Assembly (NCBI GenBank): GCA_047495785.1 | Contig: JBLDXI010000033.1 | Span: 2,356,001 to 2,420,000, forward strand | DNA: 64,000 nucleotides | Origin: Lepidodermella squamata | Taxonomy: Eukaryota; Animalia; Gastrotricha | Reading direction: 5' to 3' | Part shown: in pieces, positions 14,001 to 25,655 of the stretch | How positions within the stretch are numbered: the first letter of the stretch is position 1 | Layout of the letters: every line of letters starts with the position of its first letter | The notes under the pieces: model-generated | What the model saw: the letters and a program-made list of their open reading frames with translations, nothing else | Told to the model about the DNA's origin: nothing | The model's database searches: none | Program-made: the position numbers and the translations under genes

Positions 14001-14665
14001 CCTAGGAACAATGAATAGGAGAGGGGAATTGTTTCATTATTTTTAAGACGGTTTTTTTCATATTTTTTTCAATTTCAGCTCAACTGGTTTTGTTCGCCCA
14101 AACTGTTGGTGATGTCATGTTTGACCTAATCGCCCCAGCCGATTTGCTGTCACGTGTGATCGGTGACCTTTCGACTTGCCCACTGCCCGGCCCACAGCTC
14201 ACATTCACTGCGGCGTTAGTCGAGCGGGTTTTCTCGCGGCTTCTCGGCTGTGACCAGCGTCAGACCCTGTTCGACTGGGCCTTGCCATCTCTGACCAGTT
14301 TGATTCAACGACAGCCGCAACAAATGGCTGTTTTGACCCAAATAGCCCTTCTCGCCCCGTTGGCTGAAAAGCCGATCTTACGACGGGGTTTGGCGCTGTA
14401 CCTGCCAACTGTCTACGCTGTCCCAACAGTCGAACAAATCGATGTAATCACTTTGCCGATCTCCAACTTGCACATTGCCGGCGCCTCTGTTGTGCAGCTC
14501 TCTGTTTTCGACATGTTGAAACTCATCGTTGGTGATTTCAACGTGCAGCTGAACGCGAGCCAGCGTAAACTGCTGTTAGCTACTTACACCAGTGCGGCAA
14601 CACTAGACTCCGTCTATTCAAGCATCGTGCAAAATTTATCAGCTTCCGCCGAATCGACGTCTTGA
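5034..14665 (+). CDS. HTT: Huntingtin
   Basis: N17-like MAKLFGAFKASLSFQ. Spliced exons give CADDEQDIRILADETLNKVLK, YWLLKVEILDVI, GDDDLRVRNAAA, WKRVSRQISD and GWVSRLDFEEIW, all huntingtin motifs. Includes a ~7.1-kb exon (~6309-13450). Confidence 0.93.
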
Positions 14666-15180
14666 AATTCTACTCACATCGATACAATTCGTTTCAAATT
14701 CCACGTATAAAACAGTAATTTTTTCGTGCTGCTTTATTTTTTTCCTGTCAGTTCGTGATTCGCGCCTTGATAAAAACAGGTCGAGTGCAATATGTAAATA
14801 ACTGCAAAAAGACATCGTCTCTTGACTCGTGATGAATGAATAATGCGGTCGCTTGGTTTTTCGCACTATTTCGCTATTTTATTTTTTCTTTTATCTATGC
14901 GTAATGCGAACATGAAAATGCTTAACCATAACTTGGCATTTCGTGATCCAGTTGAACTAATAAATTGCGATGCGTCAAAATCTAATCCTATGGTATAATT
15001 GTGAATCTGGATCTATGTGACAGATGTAAAAAAATATTGATAATTTCATTTTCGATTCATTATTTCTATTATATAATATGAATGTTGGTGACTGTCAAGT
15101 TATCATGAAAAGCAATAAAGGCAAAAGAATCTGCGAAATCAGATGGTGTATTATTTTTTGTATGCATCGGTAGGAGTTTT

Positions 15181-16424
15181 ATGAAAATGGCAGCGGCTGT
15201 GAAGCTAAGGCAAACGTTCAACTTTGTTGCAAAAGATGCATTCCGACTGTTCCCGCAACACATGCATAAGGCTATGGTCGAGCTTCAGACGAAACTCAGG
15301 TTAACGGATGCAATAATTGAAGTTCACGATGCAAGGGTACTTTAAAATGTCGAAGCCTAGGATCGGATTCCTTATATACCAAACTCATTATCTTAGATTC
15401 CTTTCACTGGTAGAAATCGCAAGTTCGATGAGCAGCTAGCAATTCGGCCGAGAATTGTGGTTTTCAATAAGGTGGATCTTGCCGATTTGACCGAGAAACA
15501 GAAAGATGTTGTTATTCACCGGATAAATAGTGGTTCTAATATTGCCGGTGTCGTTTTCGCGGCGTGCGCGGATGAAAAAGACAAGCAGCTGAAGCAGGTA
15601 GGCGATATTATTTTCGATAAAATGAGTAATTGCTATTGATAATAAAATTTGAACCCAGTTGATGCCGAAACTTGCCGACCTAGCGACGACTGCACCTCGT
15701 TTTCATCGCACTATGGTATCGTTAATATATCTAAAATTCACATCTAAAATTAAAATTAAAACGATCCTTCATACTATTTTCACATGTAGAAAGAGGAAAT
15801 CAATATATTGGTTGTTGGAATTCCGAATGTTGGAAAATCGACTCTCATCAACTACCTCAGATCACGCCATACGGACAGGAAGGGTCGGGCGACCCAAGTT
15901 GGAGGCGTCCCGGGTGTTACGCGATCAGTTTCCGGAAAAATTATGATTTCTCAACGTCCCCCGATTTTCGTTTTCGACTCGCCCGGCATTCTACAGCCCA
16001 CTATCGGCAACCCAGAAATCGGCATGAAACTAGCACTTTGTGGTAAGTATACATCGTAACATGTTTCACATTTAATTATACCATTTTGGCATTATTCGAA
16101 GGTACTATGGCTGATCATTTAGTTGGCGAGGAAAGTTTGGTTGACTACATGCTATTTGTTCTGAATAAACAGCGAAATTTTCAATACGTCGACTTTCTAA
16201 AGCTACCCGATGGCAAACCAATCGACAATGTGTGGCAACTGTTGCGAACCGTTGCGAAACAAGAAAATTTTGTTCATGACGCGCGAAATATGGTGACGGG
16301 CAAACTGGACCCTACCCTCGATGTCAATAGAACTGCGCGATACCTCATCGGTTTATTCCGACAGGGAAAATTCGGAAAAGTTATGCTAGATTCAGAGCTA
16401 TTTGACAAAGAAGATTCACTTTGA
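15181..16424 (+). CDS. MTG1: Mitochondrial ribosome-associated GTPase 1 (RbgA/YlqF family)
   Basis: Circularly permuted GTPase motifs EVHDAR-IPF, NKVDL, GIPNVGKSTLIN, PGVTR, DSPGI across several short introns. Confidence 0.92.
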
Positions 16425-16535
16425 TAATAAAATTTTATTTTTCTCCGAAATCTTCGTTTTTAACGTGAAGAAAATAGTTCCAGGTGCTGGCGAGAACGAA
16501 TTCGATTTCGTTCTCGCCAGCACCTGCGCTATGAA
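16340..16535 (+). repeat. Direct repeat copy 1 (MTG1 3' end plus remnant of ankyrin-gene 3' end)
   Basis: Aligns by eye with 25440-25655, e.g. TGCTAGATTCAGAGCT-TTTG-CAAAGAAGATTCACTTTGAT. Confidence 0.85.
16481..16526. repeat. Palindrome with 20-bp perfect arms
   Basis: CAGGTGCTGGCGAGAACGAA-ttcgat-TTCGTTCTCGCCAGCACCTG. Confidence 0.9.
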
Positions 16536-17327
16536 GTTCAACGCTGCAGAAGAAAAGGTGAAAGAAAAAATTGTGATCTTATAATGAAATGGTTGTAAAT
16601 ACATAATATCGCTAAAATTCCTTTGATCTGCATGCAGAACTATCTAAAAACAAGGGCAATGTTATTGAAAAGCGATGCCACCAAGTCGCAAGTAAAAATT
16701 TCATAGAAACCATGCATTCATGAGTGTAATGCAAAGAAAAATATCCAAGGGACATGATGTGTTGGTATGGGCCGTTCTTCAGTACGGAACGCTGAAAACT
16801 TCGAAAGGGCGCAAACCGAGCCCCAAAGGTTTCATCACCAGGATTCGACATTGCTGGGCTACGTAGGTATGAATGAATCGAATTTAGTAAAAAATAAAGG
16901 CGTGGTCATTAGTCGCCTCTGTGTATTGCTGGTTGCTGGTACGATGCAGCAGCATTGCCCGCCGACATTGACTGCTAGCTAGTCTCAATGAGTTCATCCA
17001 GGCTGCAAGCAATTCGCTGCCAGCCTGCCATGACAACACCGCAACTATTCGAGCCGAAGTTGCGTGTGACATGCAGCATGTGAAGAGTGCCGAGAAATTA
17101 TTGACCGTCTGCAAGGCAGCCAATACCTATCAAGATTTGTCGCTCGCGTACGGTCTATTCTAGTCTCCAAGTCTGATTGTGAGCGATGGTTCAGCTTTGT
17201 TGGCCAAGAGGTGTTCAATGGCCTAAGAAACTCGCTTAACTCGATTAACTCGCGCTTTCTCCTCTGGCTTTTTAAATTTTTCCAAAGGACCAGCTTTTTC
17301 GCGTAAAGCCGTATATTTTCGGTCTTT

Positions 17328-17805
17328 TCACCGGTTTCTAGTGCCGTAAATTGGGGTGACTTTGGCCTATCAAAAATCGAAAGTTGAAAGGTAAAGACCC
17401 CATTAGTGGGGTACCGTTGGATAGTAGAAAAACGGGTTCTCCGAAAAATGGCTTATGATTTCAATTTATATTAGGCGGATTCGGTTGAGCAGCGACGGAA
17501 GTTTACCGGAAATAAAATTCGGCATTTTTACCCAAACCTTGCCTCTTATTTCTTGTCCCGAAATAGGTTGCATTGATGTGAAGATTCCAGGCGAGCCTTT
17601 TCTTGGGCTCAAAAAGGCTTGTGTTCGGCCTCATCGTTGAGGTAAATCGTATTTCATTGCATTTTCTTGCGTACGGTCTCAAATAAACACGAGTCGTTTG
17701 GGAATCGAAGTCATTATCTGAGTATAAATTCCGAACACTGAGCCGAGAGACGGGTAATTTCGAAAGAATTGGGAGTTTCGATACTAACGATCTACCTCCT
17801 AACAT
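17328..17805 (-). CDS. Uncharacterised ~128-aa protein with a mitochondrial presequence-like N-terminus
   Basis: Exons 17805-17507, 17451-17415, 17366-17328 joined by 55- and 48-nt GT-AG introns in frame. Arg/Ser/Leu-rich, acid-free N-terminus. Confidence 0.55.
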
Positions 17806-17993
17806 TACAAAAATATACGCAGCACAAAGAAGCCGCTATCTACTAGCCTATTCGCAACTCATAAGCGTTCCAAATAATTAAATGAAAAAATAATATGATC
17901 CATGTTCATTCCTTTTATTCTGCTCAATCTTTCTCACCGCCTTTCATCGAAAGCTCTCATGGGCACCATAAAACGTAAATATTTATTTCGAAG

Positions 17994-19222
17994 TTAATCG
18001 AACAAGCTCAATGACATTTCCTCCTCTTCCTCGGGTTCTTCCTTCTTAGGCTCCTCCTTCTTCTTGCCAGCGTCAGCGGCAGGAGCTGAAAACAGTGAAT
18101 TATATAATGAAGTTAATTGAAATATGCCGATGAACTAACCAGCTGCGGCAGGCGCAGCAGCAGCGGTCAACGCTGCCAATTTGCTAGGATCAGACAACAA
18201 ATCCTTCAGCTTGTCAGCGGCCGGGAAGCTGATATCGGTAGCGAGGGCAAGTGCCAAGATCTTCTTGTAAGCACCAGCAATCATATGCGGGGCGGAGGCC
18301 AAGCATGGGTAGTTGACAGCCAAGCAAACAGCGGCCAGATCGGCAACACCCTATAACGGCAACAAACCACGATTCAAATATAGAACAACATTTAACAATT
18401 GTTCTCTTACGTGGCAGAACTTGCTCTTCAGCTCAGCATCGGTGATGTCCAAAACTTCGGGGTCGAACAAAGTTCCGTTGTCGTAGACTATTCAAGGGGG
18501 ATATTAACTGAAATCAATGGCAAAATGGAATAAAGCCAACCTTTGCGGATGACAAGACCGTATGAGAAGGGGTGAATCTTCAACATGTTGAGGAGCGTAG
18601 CCTCGCTGGCACCGACCTTTTCACCTTCCTTGATGAGCTTGACGTCATTCTGGAAGAAGAAGAGCAAGCGATATAAGTATTCATCGTTAGAAAGTTATGT
18701 TACCAAGATTTCAATTGTTCCCTTGCTGATCTTGGTTTGGATTTGCAGAGCCTGGAAGAAAGAAGTCTTTTCAGGGCCCAGACCAGTGTTCTGGGCTGGA
18801 ACGATGACATCACAAGGGGCGATAGCGCCGGCCTTCGCAGGGGCGGAAATCTTGTTGGCAACAATTTTCTCCTTGATGTCGCAGGCGTCTTCGCGGGTGA
18901 AAACGAGGCCAACGTTGCCCTTCAGATGGGTCATGATCCTGAAAAAAAACGAGTGTCAAATTAGTACTAAAACTCGAGATATTAGTGCTAACTTTTCGAG
19001 ATTGGGGTTCTTCTGAATATGACCCCTCATCGCCTTCTTCATCATGGTGTTCTTGCCCATGAGGAGCTCAGCTTGACCACGCAGAGACTTGCGGATTTGC
19101 TGCATTTGGTTAGAGCGGACGTTGTCAATACCGACAACGAAGCACTTGGGATAGTCGTCGAAAAGTCGAACGACGCGGATAAAATAGTTAGCCTTCCATG
19201 TTGATCTGTCTTCCTTGACCAT
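17994..19222 (-). CDS. RPLP0: 60S acidic ribosomal protein P0 (uL10)
   Basis: [35 protein letters not shown], Ala-rich hinge and acidic tail ending LFD; multiple ~50-nt introns. Confidence 0.97.
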
Positions 19223-19466
19223 CTTTGTGATTCAGGGATTTCCCGACGGGTTTAAAGACGGATAATTTTATGAACAAATGATTAAGGTAATAAAACCTAT
19301 GAAGGAAAATAAAAACATGCATTATGATTAGCCAATTTATTTTTAGCCAGGCAAAAAAAAACGAACGAATTAATAAAGAGGGTAGTAGACTGCTACAAGT
19401 TCATTTTCAAAGGAAACATCAGCTACTGTTATCAAATAAAATAATCGAGTTCAAGTTAGTAACTCC

Positions 19467-20286
19467 TCACTTGGCAGGGATACGAGTGTTTTTATTCCAA
19501 GCGAAATTAGCAGCGTAAGACTTGGGCTTTAGGTGCGGCTGATGACGCTGCTCAACATTGTATTTATATCCCATCCGCTTGCAATATGCAACAGCATCTT
19601 CCAGAGATGAGAATTCGATGTGTAATCCTGAAAGTGGATCAGCGCTGAAAGGAAATAAACTCATGACGCAGACGTCTTAAGCAAAGCAGAAATTCTAACC
19701 TCGAAGTCCAGCCCATTGTCGGATTTTCCCATCGTTCTTGGGCATCAAACTGGACTCTCCATTTGCGGGTTGCGAAAGATCCAGATTGCATGGCGTTTCT
19801 AGCAGGAGAAAAGATGCGCGCTTCTCGAAGCGTGATTTGTTCAGTCGGAACGCCACTCAACATAGAAAAGTCCTAAAACGACAATATAATGCTACAGTTT
19901 TACCATTTGAAATGTGAATTTACTTGGAGAATCGGAACATCAACCAGCTTTTGAGTCTTGGAGCTCTCCGATTTAATCTGATCGAGTAGAGGATCGCAAC
20001 CTTGATTGCGGTTTTCTTTCCATTCACTTTCCAATCTATTACGATGATCTTTAAAGCGATGGCGAGTGTCGTCCTTCTTTTCGAATTCAGGGACATCGGG
20101 ATGGGTAACTTTGAGTTGAGCGTGCTCATACTCCTTGTTGTAATTCCGTGTCCTAAGAAAGGCATCGTTTAAAAAATACTCGGAACAAATAGAGGCCTAA
20201 AGCTCAACTCACTGAATTAAAGCCGGCAGACCGGTCCTTTGAGATCCAAAAACAAATCTGCATATTTGTGTGGATCGAATCATCAT
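19467..20286 (-). CDS. NDUFS4: NADH dehydrogenase iron-sulfur protein 4
   Basis: ARIFSPARNAMQSG, ERWENPTMGWTS-SADPLS, KPKSYAANFAWNK; multi-exon. Confidence 0.93.
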
Positions 20287-20499
20287 TGCACGATGAAATA
20301 TCAACTGCGCTCTTGTATGACAGACGATAAAACTGAAAAAAGCAACGCAAAAAACGAAGCATGGCAAATGCGGTCACCTGAATGAAGGGATTTTTCTAAA
20401 ACTCTATATGTTCTTTTAATTATAGAATATGTAGACTTTGATTAAGTAATAAATATGAATTCGATCGACTATTGTTGAAAAATAATTGAAGCCGGGGCT

Positions 20500-20507
20500 T
20501 GACGTCA
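20500..20507. promoter_or_regulatory. CRE palindrome in the divergent NDUFS4/COPB2 promoter
   Basis: TGACGTCA between head-to-head genes; function is inferred only. Confidence 0.25.
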
Positions 20508-21236
20508 CCGTTCAGCGGCTGTTTCATGTCCACATCACCGGCATCTCTCTTTTGGCTCCAGGCTCCAAGTGGCTGTCATGGTTGTATTTTGGATGTATCC
20601 TCTAGCGGTCGTTAGCCGTAATCCGGAAATTGAAACTATCTTAAACTTCGTAGTTATGGCATTTTTGCTCATGATTACTTAACTAGAAAGGAGGCGTCCT
20701 GCGTCCCGTTGATATCTGAAATCCAATCAAGCAGTGTTGCGATGTGCAACGCGGACCATCTAACATTTCCCTATTCGAGAGCTCACTTGTTCTTGGCGTT
20801 TTAAGTAAGTATCCGTAACAACATAGATGTTGTTTTGTGTTTTATTCCATTTTCCGTTGCTTCTAAACATTCGAGAGCCTGAAGAAACGTGATTCGTGAT
20901 TTTCCAAGAATATCTCCGCTGTTTCATTATACTATTGACTTTTGTTTTGCATTGGCGCCACAGACTTTGTTTTCCTTTCTTAATTCTACTGGTTTACCGT
21001 GGCAGTGATCTAGGATCTCCAGCTGGAATGACTAATAAATATGTTTAGCCCTAATCAGTATACTCATACTCTCTCTCTCTCTCTCTCATTTATAAAATTA
21101 TCTAACTGTAGTCCAAGCATATCGTCGGGCGACTGGCGATTGGGCTGATGAATCCATCCATTCATCATTTTTGCCTGTTGATAGCGTTGGTAATACGTTC
21201 TGTGTGCTTAGATATATTGATTACTGAAAATCAAGT

Positions 21237-24161
21237 ATGCCTCTTCGATTGGACGTCCGCCGCAAATTGTCTGCCAGGTCTGACAGAGTTAAATGCATTG
21301 AGCTTCATCCTACCGAGTCCTGGCTTCTTGCGTCTCTATACAACGGAAGTGTCCATATTTGGAATCACGAAACTCAACAGCTTATCAAATCGTTTGAAGT
21401 TTGCGATGTTCCGGTGCGATCAGCCAAATTTGTTGTTAGAAAAAATTGGGTTGTCACAGGTTCAGATGATATGCAAATCAGAGTGTACAATTACAACACA
21501 TTCGAGCGTGTCCATCAATTTGAAGCTCACTCTGACTATATCCGTTCTATCTGCGTTCATCCGACACAATCCTTCATCTTGACGAGCAGTGATGACATGA
21601 CGGTGAAACTTTGGGATTGGGATAAGAAATGGTCATGCGTTCAAGTGTTTGAGGGACACACACATTACGTCATGCAAATCGTGATTAATCCTAAAGATAA
21701 CAACACATTTGCTACTGCATCGCTTGACCGAACTATCAAAGTTTGGCAATTGGGCTCTCAAACCGCCAACTTCACATTGGAAGGCCACGAGAAAGGTGTG
21801 AATTGCGTTGACTACTACCACGCTGGCGACAAGCCTTATCTTATTTCTGGCGCTGACGATCGACTTGTTAAGGTGCGTGGAATTGATTTTATTTTTCTTA
21901 ATTATCGTAACATGGCTTTGCTCACAGATCTGGGACTATCAAACCAAAGCCTGCGTTATCACTTTGGACGGACATGGCCAAAACGTTTCTGCCGTTTGTT
22001 TTCATCCGGAGCTCCCCATCATTTTGAGTGGCTCTGAAGATGGAACTGTACGCATCTGGCATGCGAACACGTTTAGACTTGAATCAACTTTGAATTATGG
22101 CATGGAGCGAGTCTGGGCTATCCATGCTCAGCGTGGTTCCAACAACGTGGCCATTGGCTACGATGAAGGATCTGTCGTAATTAAGCTTGGTCGCGAGGAG
22201 CCGGCAGTTTCGATGGACTCGACTGGAAAAATTGTGTGGGCCCGTCAGATGGAAATTCAGCAGGCTAATATCAAGACTTTGGGCCCCGATCAGGAAATTA
22301 AGGATGGCGAGAAGTTGGCTCTTGCTGTCAAAGATCTAGGAGCCTGTGAAATTTACCCGCAATCAGTGCAACACAACCCAAATGGGCGTTTCGTTGTCGT
22401 TTGCGGTGACGGCGAATACATCATCTACACAGCCATGGCGCTGCGCAACAAAAGTTACGGATCTGCTCAAGAATTCGTCTGGGCAGCCGATTCGTCAATT
22501 TACGCCATTCGTGATGGCACGACTCTTGTAAAAATTTACAAAAACTTCAAAGAGTCCCGCACTTTCAAGCCAGAACTTGGCGTTGAAAATATTTTCGGAG
22601 GATTCTTGCTCGGTGTCCGCACCGTCGGTGGTCTGTGCTTCTACGGCTGGGATACCCCTGATCTCATCCGCCGAATTGAAATCATGCCGAAAGCTATTCA
22701 CTGGAATGAAAGCGGCAACCTAGTCGCTATTGTTACCGAGGATTCCTACTATGTCCTGCGGTACAAGCCAGAAAACCAAGTGAAGGACCAGTGGACAGAA
22801 GACGGCTATGAAAGTGCCTTCGAAGTCATCGGTGAAATTGAAGAGTGTGTCAAGACAGCGTGCTGGGTGGGCGACTGCTTCATGTACACTTCGTCCGTGA
22901 ACCGTTTGAACTATTTCGTCGGTGGCGAGGTTGTCACTGTGGCTCATTTAGACCGAACTATGTACCTGCTCGGTTACATTCCCGCCGACAACCGCATTTA
23001 CCTGGCCGACAAGGATCTAGCCGTCGTTTCTTTCTCGCTCCTCGTTTCAGTCCTCGAATACCAAACCGCGGTGATGCGGAAAGACTTTGACACCGCTGAC
23101 AAGGTCTTACCATCGATTCCCCGTGAACAGCGCACCCGAGTCGCCCATTTCTTGGAAAAGCAAGGCTTCAAACGCCAGGCTCTGGCCGTTACCACCGATT
23201 TGGAGCATAAATTTGAGCTTGCCGTTCAGCTTGGCGAGCTGAATACGGCCTACGAGATTGCCCAGCAGAGCGATAACGACCAAAAGTGGCGAGTTTTGGC
23301 TGAATTGGCCACTGGACGGTTAGTTTCTTGTTCTAAATAATGTTTGAACCGTTTTATGGTGGTTTTTTTAGGGGCGATCTGACTCTGGCAGAAGACTGCT
23401 TGCGCCGTGCTAACGATTCTTCTGCCCTCATTCTGCTGGCAAGTTGCACCGGCAATCGAGAGTTGATGGCATTTGCCGGTGATCAAGCCGCCTCGGCTGG
23501 CCAGAATAACGCCGCTTTCTTATCAGCTTTCGCTCTCGGTGATCTGGACAAATGCCTGCAACTGCTTACTTCAACCGGTCGTCTCGCCGAGGCTGCCTTT
23601 TTCGCCCATTCATATCGACCATCCGCTATCCCGCGCATTGTTTCGGCGTGGAGGGCTAGCGTCACGAATACAGCGGCCTCGACTGCGTCTGAGCAGCCAG
23701 GTGCTGAAAAAGCAGCCGCGGTTTCCGGAGGCGCCCGGGTTGCCGAAATGTTGGCCGATCCCACACAATACGACAATCTGTTCCCGCAGTTCCGCGAACA
23801 CATCAAGCTGGAGGAAGATTCCGCCGAAAGAAAGACGCTGATCGAGCAGCTTCCCGCCCGGCTATACGGTCGGATTCAGCGTGAAGGCTTGTTCGATGAC
23901 ACTGACGTTGAGAAGTTGAAACATGTGCTCCATGCTTCGGATTCGCATTCAGCGCACGTCTTCAAAGCAACACCCAAGCCGGTGCCTGTAGCAGCGGCGG
24001 CGGCTGCAACGGTCGAATCATCCCTGGCAACCGAAATCGAGAGGGAGCTCGAGGCTGAAATCGCAGATCTTGACCTGGACGACGATCCGACCGAGAAAAA
24101 GGCGGCGGCGGCTGGATCTGGCTTCGACGACGAGGATGACTTCTTGGACACGGACGCATAG
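21237..24161 (+). CDS. COPB2: Coatomer subunit beta-prime
   Basis: [29 protein letters not shown]40 repeats, [16 protein letters not shown]; two introns (~21873-21927, ~23319-23371). Confidence 0.97.
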
Positions 24162-25439
24162 TCCTTTGAAAAAATAGCTCATGAACTAATTGACGTTCAA
24201 ATTATTGAAAAACCAGTCGCAAATATTTCCTTTGTTTCTACCAATACGAGTTGCGTGTTCTCAAGCCGCTTTCTTATGCGTTGGCTTCTGGAAATATATT
24301 GAAAAGATAATTAATTGACGATATATTATTTCAACATTCAATGTTATAGTTATTTATTTTCGGGCTGGTGTGCAAGTTTCGGAATTTAGTTACTACTAAA
24401 CAGAGTAAACTGAGCGTGTTGTGTCGACTCGAGTCATAAAAAGTGAAATCTTGTTGTTGTCGCCGTTGTGTCCATGGTTGGTCGCGACATGTGGCCATCG
24501 CGGCACGTTAAATCGACCGACTTGTGCTTTATCTATTCTTTTGGGGCGTTTTTGATCGCGCACTTACATTCTGTCATAACTAACTTTATTTATTCTGGAA
24601 GCATCGGCGGGACCTATTTTAGAAGTCGCAATACTGCGTGTAAGACTGGTGACTGGTGGTAATATTTATCAAGAAGTGCATGCTGCTTTAAGGTGATTCA
24701 GTGTCAAGCCTGATCTTCGATGGCGATGCACTGTAACGTTTGTGGATATTCGAACGACTGCTTACTTGTGCGTTGTGAGTGCTCAGGTATATCTGTAATA
24801 TCATTAATATCAGCTAATATTTCCATGCGATCAACCGAATAAAATAATTGATGGACTAGTTCAGCTGACTTTTCAGGAATAATTTCGTTACGCTATAAAT
24901 GTAGCCGAACCTCGACTGACAGCCGAGGACGAAGATTCTTTGCCTTACAAGATGGCTTGCTAATATTTTTGCGGGCTGTCTTTGCGAGTCTTGGCCAGTT
25001 TACGTAAATAAGTAGCTAAAATCTATTGGCAATCAAATTCAATCAAATTCTGTATTCAAATTAAAAATTATTGGAATTCAACGAAAAAAACCAAAATTTT
25101 AAAGTTGACGACAACAAACACATTCAAGGGAATAGGCAAAAGGCAAAAGGCGAGGGAAATTAGTGTTTTAGCCATTTTAGAGAGGATTTGAGACCATTTT
25201 TAGTGGAAAATCCCGAAATTCGCTCGAATTAATGGGTTCAAATTACATGCAATTTCCACCAAGGCGACAAAGAAGTTTTTCTGTTACAAAAACCTAACAG
25301 CAGTGGTCTGACTCGGCCCAGCTCTGAGGGGTTCTATCGAGCCATTATACGATTATACGAGTCTACGAAGATGGTGATTGCCTTGGGTCGCGGAAAAATT
25401 CCAACTGGGAAAATCCGGCACTGGGCTGTGTGTGCATGC

Positions 25440-25655
25440 ATACCCCATCGGTTGATTCCGTCAGGGAAGTTCGGGAAAGCTGTGCTAGATTCAGAGCTCT
25501 TTGGCAAAGAAGATTCACTTTGATCATACAATTTTATTTTTCTGCGTAATCCTGGTTTTCAACGTAAAGAGAGTTGTTCCTAATTTCGAGCTTATCGTAA
25601 AGATATTCAACTATCTCAAGGTAGTCTTTCGATCTCGCCAGAACTTCCGCAGTTT
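25440..25655 (+). repeat. Direct repeat copy 2 (MTG1 3'-end remnant plus 3' end of the ankyrin gene)
   Basis: Translates as IGLIPSGKFGKAVLDSELFGKEDSL* allowing for mutation, matching the MTG1 end RQGKFGKVMLDSELFDKEDSL*. Confidence 0.8.

Noticed and set aside
13901-14078. Two hairpins in the longer huntingtin intron (H/ACA candidate)
   Set aside because: No H box or ACA at the required positions; AT-rich pairing could be chance.
16600-17300. Short ORFs on both strands between MTG1 and the orphan gene
   Set aside because: No coherent splice model or recognisable motifs; perhaps decayed sequence.
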